From positions 1 to 32,529 of IMG/VR virus record IMGVR_UViG_3300032216_001428: a DNA stretch of 32,529 nt, one strand, 5' to 3'. Below the pieces are notes generated by a model. The model made no database searches. It was given only the letters and a program-made list of their open reading frames with translations, and had not been told where the DNA came from. The translations under genes and the position numbers were made by a program. This document shows, one piece after another, positions 24,622-32,529 of the stretch. Origin of the DNA: a virus. Lineage: Duplodnaviria > Caudoviricetes. Position 1 is the first letter of the stretch; the number at the start of each line of letters is the position of its first letter.

Positions 24622-25727
24622 TGGCAATAATAACAACAGGTACTTGTTTAAAAATAGGATATGACCAAGCATCTTATATTGTAGGTTCAACAAGTGTAAT
24701 AAATGCTTCTACTACTGGTGTTGCTATACCTTTTATAGCAGATTTTACTGGAAGTATTACAAGGATTGGAATACCGATTAGTACAGTTTCAACAGCAGTA
24801 ACTAATCTTGATGTTGGTATTATGGATAGTAATGCCACAGGAGATTTACCATCAGATACATTCCTTGCTACACCTAATACTATTTCATTATCAGTAGGTG
24901 GAATATCATTAACACAACAAACTCTTACTAATGCTGTTTCAGTTACAAGAGGAAATGTTTATTGGATTGTATTTAAACCTAATGCTTCATTTACTGGTTC
25001 TGTAACTCTTTATATTACAACTCTTTTATCTATCCAGGTTTTTAGCCATTGGAGAGCAGCAACAAGAACTGCTTCAACTTGGTCTCGTACTGCAAATGCT
25101 GGTGCTAATGCTATTTATGGTTCTTCTACTCAATGGTATAGTGCTTATATGCCTATTCCATCAGAAAATCCTACTGCTATTACTGTTTCTTCAACAACAG
25201 AATATGGATTTTCTGTTCAGTTAGACGCAAATCATCCAGCAATAAGAGTATATGGTATATCTTTTATGAACTCTTTAAATAATGCTGCTACTGGTGGAAA
25301 TCCTGGTATGTCTTATTTATGTAAGATATATAATGCTTCTGGTACTTTGCTTTATACTTTTGAAACACAAGATACAGATAGAATAAATACAAGTAATACT
25401 ACTGGTAATGCTTATTTTTTTAATGGTACTACATCTGATATTTGGTTAGAGCCAGCAACAAAATATTATATTATGATGGCTTTTACAGGAACATTTACTA
25501 CTGCTCCTACTTGGCAAACTTATCCTATGAGCGCTACATATAAAGAAGTTAATGGAGCATTTACATCAACATATACTACCAAAACAGGCTCAACTTTTAC
25601 AGAGGATAGTACAATAATATTACCTTGGCATATTGATATTGATGCTATTAGATATAATGATACTGGTTCAGGTGGTGGTACATTTATAAATGCTTCTCCT
25701 ATGTTTAATGGAGGATTTTCTGGATAA
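24621..25727 (+). CDS. Beta-rich virion surface protein A (two tandem beta-sandwich-like domains)
   Basis: Thr/Ser-rich, with duplicated motifs (VTRGNVYWIV; LEPATKYYIM); paralogous to the next gene. Confidence 0.55.
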   Translation: MAIITTGTCLKIGYDQASYIVGSTSVINASTTGVAIPFIADFTGSITRIGIPISTVSTAVTNLDVGIMDSNATGDLPSDTFLATPNTISLSVGGISLTQQTLTNAVSVTRGNVYWIVFKPNASFTGSVTLYITTLLSIQVFSHWRAATRTASTWSRTANAGANAIYGSSTQWYSAYMPIPSENPTAITVSSTTEYGFSVQLDANHPAIRVYGISFMNSLNNAATGGNPGMSYLCKIYNASGTLLYTFETQDTDRINTSNTTGNAYFFNGTTSDIWLEPATKYYIMMAFTGTFTTAPTWQTYPMSATYKEVNGAFTSTYTTKTGSTFTEDSTIILPWHIDIDAIRYNDTGSGGGTFINASPMFNGGFSG

Positions 25728-26788
25728 TGGCTACAATATCGGTTCCGACAAATAAACTTGTATTACCTCTTGATGGATTTGCAACAGTTAACTTTGGAGC
25801 AGCATCTGGCACTATTGGAGCAAATAATGGTGGTGTTGCTTGGTATTATATTCCAACTGAAACATTTACTCTTACTACAATAATATTTCAATATACCATC
25901 AACACAACTCCATCTCCTGCTACTTTTGACATTGGCATTCAAGGTGTCGATGCTACTACTGGTATGCCAAATGGTACTTTTACTACATCAGGAGTTTGGA
26001 CAGCACCTTCTGCTGGTAGTGGATGGGCTGCTATTACAGTTACATCTTTATCATTAACAAAAGGTACACCTATTTATGTAGTTATCCGTAATGCTATTTC
26101 TGGATTTACAGGTAGTGTAAGTATAAACGCAGCCTGTTCAAATAAAACAGTTGACAAACTTATTGGGTTTCAAACAAGAACATCTGGTGTTTGGGGAGGT
26201 CCAAGTACAAGACCTGGTGGTGGATTTTATTTATATAGTGGCACAAAATATTATGGAAGAAGTACATATACTCTTTCTGGTTCAGAAATAGCACAGGTTT
26301 CTCCTAATGAAGTTGGTACTACAATACAGTTTCCATCAACTGGTCCTGATTTAATCTTAAAAAGAGTAGTTTTAAATGTTACTACTATTAATACTGGTAC
26401 TGTTTTTGCTTTAAATGTTAGAAATGCTGCTGGAACATTATTAGGACAATCAACATTAGATGGAGATTTTGTAACTTCTGCTTCTGTTCCTGCTTTTACC
26501 TTTCCCACTGGTATTACAATGACAGCAGGTACTAAATATTATATTATGCTTGGTCAAATATCTGGTACTACTCCACTTGTAAGAACTTGTGTAAACTATA
26601 ATGCTCAAAGTATGACTGATATTAGAAATGGAGTAATAGCAAATAAAGTTGCTTATAATGGCACTACATATACCGAAACCACTGGTTCAACTCTTCAAGG
26701 TTTTTTGGAGTTTGAAACAATACAATATAACCAAACAGGAACAACAGTTTATTCATTACCTGCTGGATTTAATCAAATAGATTACTAA
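25727..26788 (+). CDS. Beta-rich virion surface protein B, paralogue of 24621-25727
   Basis: Shares DIGI...ATTG.P..TF, LTKGT..Y.V, TKYYIM, T.TE and I.YN..G motifs. Confidence 0.55.
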   Translation: MATISVPTNKLVLPLDGFATVNFGAASGTIGANNGGVAWYYIPTETFTLTTIIFQYTINTTPSPATFDIGIQGVDATTGMPNGTFTTSGVWTAPSAGSGWAAITVTSLSLTKGTPIYVVIRNAISGFTGSVSINAACSNKTVDKLIGFQTRTSGVWGGPSTRPGGGFYLYSGTKYYGRSTYTLSGSEIAQVSPNEVGTTIQFPSTGPDLILKRVVLNVTTINTGTVFALNVRNAAGTLLGQSTLDGDFVTSASVPAFTFPTGITMTAGTKYYIMLGQISGTTPLVRTCVNYNAQSMTDIRNGVIANKVAYNGTTYTETTGSTLQGFLEFETIQYNQTGTTVYSLPAGFNQIDY

Positions 26789-26800
26789 CGATAAAATACA
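26788..26800 (+). promoter_or_regulatory. Candidate late promoter motif
   Basis: ACGATAAAATACA before the 784-aa fibre gene. Confidence 0.55.
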
Positions 26801-26823
26801 ACAGTAAACTTTGAGGGCAATAA

Positions 26824-29178
26824 ATGTATCAAATCAAACAATCAGAAGCAACAGCAGCAAGAAGAAGAATACCAGTTTTATTTGTATCTTCTACTGATGG
26901 TTTTACTCCAACTACACCTACTTCTCCTGCCTCTTATATTAGTGTTAATGGAGGAACTTTTGTTGCTACTACTAATGCTGTAACTCTTGAAACACTTGCT
27001 TCTGGTCAATCTGCTTCTGGTTGTTATTATTTGGAGTTAACAGCAGCAGAAGTTGGTACTCTTGGTGTTATTAATGTTAATGTTCAAAGTACTAACTGTC
27101 GTCAATATAATGCTGTTATTCAAGTAATGGCTTATGATGCTTATGATATTATTAGATTAGGTCTTACATCTATTCCTAACGTGGCACAAGGTTCTGTTGG
27201 TGCTATTCCTACTGGTTCTGCTACTGGTCAAGTTACAGTTGCTACAAATAATGATAAAACTGGTTATTCATTAGCAACAACTCCTCCAACTGCTGCTCAA
27301 ATCGCCACACAAGTATGGTCAGAAACATTGCCAGGTACATATACAAGTGGTCAAGCAGGTTTCAAGTTAGATGCTGGTACTGCTACTAATGTTTGGGCTG
27401 CTACTACTCGTACATTAAGTGCTGGTACTAATATAGTTTTAGCCAAGGGAACTGGCATTACTGGTTTTAATGATATTGCTGCTACTGATGTATGGGCTGC
27501 TACAACTCGTACATTATCTGCTGGTACTAATATAGTTTTAGCAAAAGGTACTGGTTTAACTGGTCTAAACGATATTACTGCTCAATCTGTATGGGATGTT
27601 GCTACTACTGCTATTACTGCTGTTGGTAGTATTGGTGTTCAACTAAAAACTAATATTGATGTTGCTACTTCAACAAGAATGGCAACATTTAGTTATACTA
27701 CTCCACCAACAGTTGCTCAAATATCAACACAAGTATGGACAGAGCCTATTCCTGGTTCATTTGCTGCTGGTAGTGCTGGTGCTAAACTAAATGCTGCTTC
27801 TTCTGCTGGCGATCCTTGGGCAACTGCTTTACCAGGTTCATATGCTACTGGAACTGCTGGAAATATACTTGGAAATAGATTAGATGCTGCTATTTCATCA
27901 AGAATGGCTACATTTACATATACAACACCTCCAACAGCAGCAGTAATAGCAACACAAGTATGGTCAGAAACTTTACCTGGCTCATATACAAGTGGACAAG
28001 CAGGATTTAAGTTAAATGCCGCTGGAACTGCTGCTGACCCTTGGAGTACATTATTACCTGGTTCTTATGGTGCTGGTACTGCTGGTAATATTATTGGTAA
28101 TAGATTAGATGTTGCAGTTTCTACACGTTCCACTCTAACAGATGCGTTAGTTTGGTCATATGCTACGAGAGCATTAACAGATAAATCAAACTTCTCTCTT
28201 GCTTCCACTCAAACATTTAATATGACTGGAAATATTACAGGTTCTTTATCTGGTTCAGTTGGTTCAGTAACAGGAAATGTTGGTGGCAGTGTTGCTTCCG
28301 TTAGTGGTTCTATCGGAGGTAATGTAAATGGAACAGTTGCGTCAGTTGTTGGAAATGTGGGAGGAAATGTTGTCGGAAGTGTTGGGTCCGTTAGTGGAAC
28401 AGTGGGGTCAGTAAGTAATGTATCTAATATTTGGGATTATCTTACTGCTAATATTCTTACAAATAATAGTATTGGCCTTTTACTCAAAACCAACGTAGAC
28501 GCTCAAATAAGTACAAGATTAGCAAGTTCTTCATATACTACTGCTCCAACTGTTGCTCAAATATGGCAACAAGCATTACCAGGTTCATTTACAACTGGAC
28601 AAGCAGGATATATTATTGGAACAAACTTGAATGATACTATTACTTCAAGAATGGCAACATTTACATATACAACACCACCAACAACAACTCAAATAATGCA
28701 AGCTCTCTGGAACCAATCAAGAGCAACAGCATCTCCTACTGGTGGTATACCAGCTGCTGGAACATTTGGTTTCTACATAGACAAACAGTTGTCTACTATT
28801 AGTGGTGGTTCTGGTGGTAGTGGAGTAATGATAAAACAAGGGCCATTTAAACTTAATGCTACACAAGATATGGGTAGTAATGACATTCTTGATTTAGTAC
28901 AAAATGATGCCAGAAACATTGTTTTAGAAGTTATTGATGAAGTTGGAGAACCTATTCCATTATCTGGTTCTTACACATACACAGTAAACATTTATGATAT
29001 TGGTGGAGTTGGTGCTGGTTCTTATTCTGGAACAGTTGATTATGCTAATGGTGGTCAAGTAAGTTTTGATATTACAACAACTACCACTGCTACAAAGGGC
29101 ACTTATTATGTAGTTCTTTCAATAGATAATGGAACTATTATTACAAAATATGGCGGATTAAGGTTAGAGGTAAGATAA
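26824..29178 (+). CDS. Repeat-rich fibre-like structural protein (784 aa) with C-terminal Ig/BppU-like domain
   Basis: Multiple TTPPT.AQI..QVW...LPG repeats, 33-aa tandem repeats and GNVGG.V.SV repeats. Confidence 0.6.
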   Translation: MYQIKQSEATAARRRIPVLFVSSTDGFTPTTPTSPASYISVNGGTFVATTNAVTLETLASGQSASGCYYLELTAAEVGTLGVINVNVQSTNCRQYNAVIQVMAYDAYDIIRLGLTSIPNVAQGSVGAIPTGSATGQVTVATNNDKTGYSLATTPPTAAQIATQVWSETLPGTYTSGQAGFKLDAGTATNVWAATTRTLSAGTNIVLAKGTGITGFNDIAATDVWAATTRTLSAGTNIVLAKGTGLTGLNDITAQSVWDVATTAITAVGSIGVQLKTNIDVATSTRMATFSYTTPPTVAQISTQVWTEPIPGSFAAGSAGAKLNAASSAGDPWATALPGSYATGTAGNILGNRLDAAISSRMATFTYTTPPTAAVIATQVWSETLPGSYTSGQAGFKLNAAGTAADPWSTLLPGSYGAGTAGNIIGNRLDVAVSTRSTLTDALVWSYATRALTDKSNFSLASTQTFNMTGNITGSLSGSVGSVTGNVGGSVASVSGSIGGNVNGTVASVVGNVGGNVVGSVGSVSGTVGSVSNVSNIWDYLTANILTNNSIGLLLKTNVDAQISTRLASSSYTTAPTVAQIWQQALPGSFTTGQAGYIIGTNLNDTITSRMATFTYTTPPTTTQIMQALWNQSRATASPTGGIPAAGTFGFYIDKQLSTISGGSGGSGVMIKQGPFKLNATQDMGSNDILDLVQNDARNIVLEVIDEVGEPIPLSGSYTYTVNIYDIGGVGAGSYSGTVDYANGGQVSFDITTTTTATKGTYYVVLSIDNGTIITKYGGLRLEVR
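27382..27579 (+). repeat. Two tandem 99-bp (33-aa) in-frame repeats in the fibre gene
   Basis: AT.VWAATTRTLSAGTNIVLAKGTG.TG.NDI starts at 27382 and at 27481. Confidence 0.9.
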
Positions 29179-29180
29179 AA

Positions 29181-29891
29181 ATGGAACATATTATTCCTGC
29201 TGGTAGTACATCATATACAGACATTATTACATTAAGAAATAACTCTGGTGTACCTCAAACCGGCATTGCTTATAATACATCTGGTATTATTTGTAGATAT
29301 ATTAGACCAGGAGATGCACCAGTAGCGATTACTCTTGTTAATCAAACAGTTACAGGTGCTTGGGTTAGTGGTGGTTTTAAAGAGATTGATGCTACAAATG
29401 CTCCTGGTATTTATAGGATAGATATTCCAGATGCTGCTTTTGCTGTTGGTAAACCACAAGTAACATTGACTATACACGGTTTTGCTGCTTCTGCTGTAAA
29501 TACTTATGATTATCAACTTGGTAATGTAGTAAATGAAACTATTTTTACAGCACCATTTACTTTAACTTCTGACCAAACAAATCAAGACCAAAAGTTAGAT
29601 GTATATAAGAGTTCTGCTCTTACTGTAAATCTTCAAATGGTAGATGCAAATGGAAAAGCAGTTAGTATTGGAGCATCATTATTATCAGTAAAAGTTTATG
29701 ATTTAGCAAATACTCTTATTGCTACATATACTCCAACAGTTCAGTTTAATGCTAATGGAGAAGTAAGTTTTGTATTAGATGGCACTACTACAAATAATGC
29801 TGGTACTTATAATATTTATATAACAAGAACAAATGGTGTATCTGATGTAGTTTCATTTGGACCATTACAGTTATTAGTTAAGAGTTTATAA
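29181..29891 (+). CDS. Structural protein (236 aa), C-terminal domain homologous to that of the 784-aa protein
   Basis: PF.L...Q....LD, D..G..., G.VSF....T....GTY and G.L.L.V motifs shared. Confidence 0.55.
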   Translation: MEHIIPAGSTSYTDIITLRNNSGVPQTGIAYNTSGIICRYIRPGDAPVAITLVNQTVTGAWVSGGFKEIDATNAPGIYRIDIPDAAFAVGKPQVTLTIHGFAASAVNTYDYQLGNVVNETIFTAPFTLTSDQTNQDQKLDVYKSSALTVNLQMVDANGKAVSIGASLLSVKVYDLANTLIATYTPTVQFNANGEVSFVLDGTTTNNAGTYNIYITRTNGVSDVVSFGPLQLLVKSL

Positions 29892-30295
29892 TGATATCAG
29901 TTAGCACTAAAATAAATAAAAATATTTCAAAAGAACTGGTTGACCAAGTACATCTTTTATTGGGTAAAGCAGCAACCGAGTTTGAAAAAGAAATGAAACA
30001 AGAAATAGAATATGGTGCTAAAACTGGTAATACATATCAAAGAGGAAATAAAACTCATACAGCATCAGCACCAGGACAAGCGCCAGCATCAGATAGTGGA
30101 AAACTTGTTGGAAGTATTAGATATGAAAAAAAATCTAATGATAAACACGAAGTTTCTATTAACTCTGAATATGCTTTGGCTCTTGAAGTAGGAACATCAA
30201 GAATGGCAGCAAGACCATTTATTACTCCTGCTTTACAAAATGCTAAAAAGAAACTTATGAAGGCAATAAAAGCAATAAATAAAGGTAAAAAATAA
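29891..30295 (+). CDS. HK97 gp10-like neck/tail completion protein
   Basis: SAPGQAPASDSGKL..SI and YA..LEVGTSRMAARPFITPA motifs. Confidence 0.9.
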   Translation: MISVSTKINKNISKELVDQVHLLLGKAATEFEKEMKQEIEYGAKTGNTYQRGNKTHTASAPGQAPASDSGKLVGSIRYEKKSNDKHEVSINSEYALALEVGTSRMAARPFITPALQNAKKKLMKAIKAINKGKK

Positions 30296-30777
30296 TGGCA
30301 TTTGAACCGTTAGCAATAGAACAATGGATTTATACCACTCTTAAAAATGATAGTACAATACAGATAGAGTTAGCAAAAGTTAATGGTGCTGTTAAAAACT
30401 ATCAGATTGGAGTTTATAGTACATTAGCACCTGAAAGAGACCCAGTAAGTAAAATAACTCCTCAAACACCTTTTATTATTTTTGCTCGTAATGGTTCAGA
30501 AGGTGTTGATGACCCAGTATTATGTGGAGATACTTATACTTCATTTCCATTATATAGAATAACTGTATGGCATCAAAGTTCTGGTGCTGTTTCTTTTAAT
30601 ACGCTAAAATCTATTGCTGAAAGAGTTGATACTTTGCTTGGGAATACTACTGCTACTCAAAATGGAGTTCAGTTTCAGTGTCAAAGATATGATACTGATA
30701 TGCCAGTGGTAGTTCAACAAGATGGTAGAGTTGATTTTGGCTTATCAATGTTATATCGATTTATTGTAGTCAAGTAA
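30295..30777 (+). CDS. Tail terminator protein (SPP1 gp17-like)
   Basis: Position; IY..LK.D, VY...AP, PFI.F and IA.RVD.LL pattern. Confidence 0.72.
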   Translation: MAFEPLAIEQWIYTTLKNDSTIQIELAKVNGAVKNYQIGVYSTLAPERDPVSKITPQTPFIIFARNGSEGVDDPVLCGDTYTSFPLYRITVWHQSSGAVSFNTLKSIAERVDTLLGNTTATQNGVQFQCQRYDTDMPVVVQQDGRVDFGLSMLYRFIVVK

Positions 30778-30787
30778 GAGGAATATT

Positions 30788-31234
30788 ATGGCAAATACCC
30801 CTGTATTAGTAAATGGAGCAACAGTCAAAATCAGTTTTGGTACTGTTTCTCAATCAACTGGTGGAGCAACTGCTGTTCCAGCAGCACCAACCGTAGCATA
30901 CACTTGTTATGCTAAAAGTTTAAAAGCATCTATTGGTAGTCAAACTATTGATTTATCAACCCTTTGTTCAAACATTGACGCTGTTTTTGAAACAAGAAAG
31001 AGCGGAACTTTGGATATTGAACTTTATATTGATAAAGATGCTGGTCCTATTTTTAGAGATAAAGTAGGTTTTTTATGTAAAGTATTGGTTGATTTGACCA
31101 CTACTACTGGAAATACCTTTACTTATGCTGGTCTTGTAACTGACCAATCTTTAACATTAGACCCAAACAATGTGCAGGTTGAAAGTGCTACGCTGAAACT
31201 CGGAGCCTTTGGTTTAACTTCTATTAGTGGATAA
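30788..31234 (+). CDS. Major tail tube protein
   Basis: 148 aa beta-rich protein with ID.ST and K.GTL.I motifs, between the terminator and chaperone genes. Confidence 0.72.
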   Translation: MANTPVLVNGATVKISFGTVSQSTGGATAVPAAPTVAYTCYAKSLKASIGSQTIDLSTLCSNIDAVFETRKSGTLDIELYIDKDAGPIFRDKVGFLCKVLVDLTTTTGNTFTYAGLVTDQSLTLDPNNVQVESATLKLGAFGLTSISG

Positions 31235-31246
31235 TAAGGAAAATAT

Positions 31247-31627
31247 ATGATTAGTGGATTAGCAAAAGTAAAAAAACAAGAGTTAAGACCTGCTGTAAAG
31301 ATTGATTTATCAGCATATGCAGGAGAAGAATGTTTTGTTGAGTTATCAGAACCAACAAGCGCAGCATTATTTCCTGATGCTGGGTTTATTCATAACTTAA
31401 AAATCAAGTATCCTGAATATCCAGATGCTATGTTATATCAGATTGCTCTATTGGGCAAATGTTATGTTCAACAAGATAATGAACCTGAAACAACCAATCC
31501 TGTTCAAGATTTTGCTCAACTTGGAAGAGATAATAAAGAATGTTTTTATCATATTCTTTCAGAGTTTCTTAATGCTTTTCCTACTAATAATATAGATAAC
31601 AAGGTTCAAAACGCAAAAAACGACTAA
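31247..31627 (+). CDS. Tail assembly chaperone (gpG-like)
   Basis: Lies between tube and tape measure and ends with the slippery heptamer A AAA AAC. Confidence 0.8.
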   Translation: MISGLAKVKKQELRPAVKIDLSAYAGEECFVELSEPTSAALFPDAGFIHNLKIKYPEYPDAMLYQIALLGKCYVQQDNEPETTNPVQDFAQLGRDNKECFYHILSEFLNAFPTNNIDNKVQNAKND

Positions 31628-31806
31628 TCGGATGTTCTCAACAAGTATTATATTATTGCATAAAATATTTGAAGAGGCATCCGGTAGAAGTTGATTTAAC
31701 TCTTGACCAAATAGCTGAAATAGCATTGATAGGTAGAGAAATAGATAAAGCAGAGGCTGAAAATGCCTCTGCTATCTTAAATGCTCTTTTAGGAAGTAGA
31801 ATATAA
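31615..31806 (+). CDS. -1 frameshift extension of the tail chaperone (gpGT-like; RLIGCSQQVLYYCIKYLKRHPVEVDLTLDQIAEIALIG...LLGSRI)
   Basis: The -1 frame is open from the slippery site 31615-31621 to TAA 31804-31806, which overlaps the tape-measure ATG. It has no in-frame ATG. Confidence 0.82.
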   Translation, partial: KKRLIGCSQQVLYYCIKYLKRHPVEVDLTLDQIAEIALIGREIDKAEAENASAILNALLGSRI

Positions 31807-32529
31807 TGACATTCGCAGAACTAATAATAAACTTTAAAACCAATGGTTCAGCATCAGTAAAAAAAGAGGCCAATGAAGTAGGAAATGCTATGTCAGAACT
31901 TGCTGGCAAAATGGGGTTAGCTACCACTGGTGCTTCATTAGCTGCTGATGCTATTCTTGCTGCTGGTCAAGCAATCTTTAATGCTGGAAAGTTTGCTGTT
32001 AAATCTGCTATTGATTTTGATACTAATATAAGAGCATTAGCAAACTATTCTAAAAATGCTTATGAACTTGAAGGACAACTTACAAGAATGGAAGAAATCG
32101 CAAAACTTCCAGGATTAGGTTTACCAGAAGTAATGAAAGGTGTTGCTTCATTAGAAGCTGCTGGTTTTTCAGCATCATTAGCAGAAGCATCTATCAAACA
32201 GTTTGGAAATGCATTGGCATTAGCAGGAAAAGGCAAAGCAGATTTAGATGGTATAGCATTAGCATTACAACAAATAAAAAGTAAAGGTCAAATATCCGCA
32301 GAAGAAATAAATCAGTTAGCAGAAAGAGCACCACAAATAAGACAAGCAATGAAGGCTGCTTTTGGTACTTCTAATACAGAAGAACTTCAAAAAATGGGTA
32401 TTGGAGCAACAGAGTTTGTTACAAAGATTACATCTGAACTTGCTAAACTTCCACGAGCACAAGGTGGATTAAATACACTTATAGAAAATGCGCAAGATGC
32501 TCTTACAAAAGCAGCAGGTACAGTAGGTG
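31806..32529 (+). CDS. Tape measure protein, N-terminal part
   Basis: MTFAELIINF...ALQQIKSKGQISAEEINQLAER matches the tape-measure domain signature; continues through the circular join. Confidence 0.92.
   Translation, partial: MTFAELIINFKTNGSASVKKEANEVGNAMSELAGKMGLATTGASLAADAILAAGQAIFNAGKFAVKSAIDFDTNIRALANYSKNAYELEGQLTRMEEIAKLPGLGLPEVMKGVASLEAAGFSASLAEASIKQFGNALALAGKGKADLDGIALALQQIKSKGQISAEEINQLAERAPQIRQAMKAAFGTSNTEELQKMGIGATEFVTKITSELAKLPRAQGGLNTLIENAQDALTKAAGTVG
32407..32529. repeat. Terminal direct repeat (copy of 1-123)
   Basis: Exact sequence identity with the start of the window. Confidence 0.95.

Noticed and set aside
26824-29178. Diversity-generating retroelement template/variable repeats
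   Set aside because: No reverse transcriptase gene is present, and repeat differences are mostly synonymous rather than adenine-specific.
605-29516. Other antisense or alternate-frame ORFs in the track (e.g. 605-919, 3297-3488, 6164-6367, 13094-13366, 16637-17466, 21437-22944, 23806-24200, 26251-26508, 29232-29516)
   Set aside because: They overlap well-supported genes and have compositions typical of off-frame translation.
32407-32529. 123-bp terminal repeat as a biological phage DTR or att site
   Set aside because: It falls inside the tape-measure coding frame, so a circular-assembly overlap is the simpler explanation.
1-32529. Alternative genetic code
   Set aside because: Genes are full length under the standard code, and TAA, TAG and TGA all end genes at tight junctions.

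Overview
The window is an apparently complete, circularly assembled genome (about 32,406 bp) of an AT-rich tailed phage with siphovirus-type gene order. Bases 1-123 repeat exactly at 32407-32529, in the middle of the tape-measure gene. The + strand carries terminase, HK97-type portal, MuF, protease and capsid genes, neck genes, an inserted holin/fibre block, tail tube, a tail chaperone with a -1 frameshift site, tape measure, tail tip and a CHAP-like endolysin. A - strand early block encodes a beta-class DNA methyltransferase with an inserted HTH, a divergent sigma-70 factor, an XRE HTH protein, a nuclease-like protein and a possible initiator next to an iteron-like origin. I recognised no integrase, polymerase, helicase or tRNA. 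The best candidate for a new system is a regulatory circuit. A GC-rich cassette (promoter, ~345-nt structured leader, SprT-like zinc metalloprotease, terminator; 13906-15032) has a ribosome-binding site and start codon complementary to an unannotated ~63-nt small RNA encoded 1.6 kb away (15927-15989). A second small RNA is driven by an identical 19-bp promoter. Also notable are a hairpin occluding the sigma gene RBS, a repeated -10-only late promoter motif, and strong avoidance of AATT, GATC, CATG, CTAG and GANTC. All function calls come from motif reading by eye; no searches were run.
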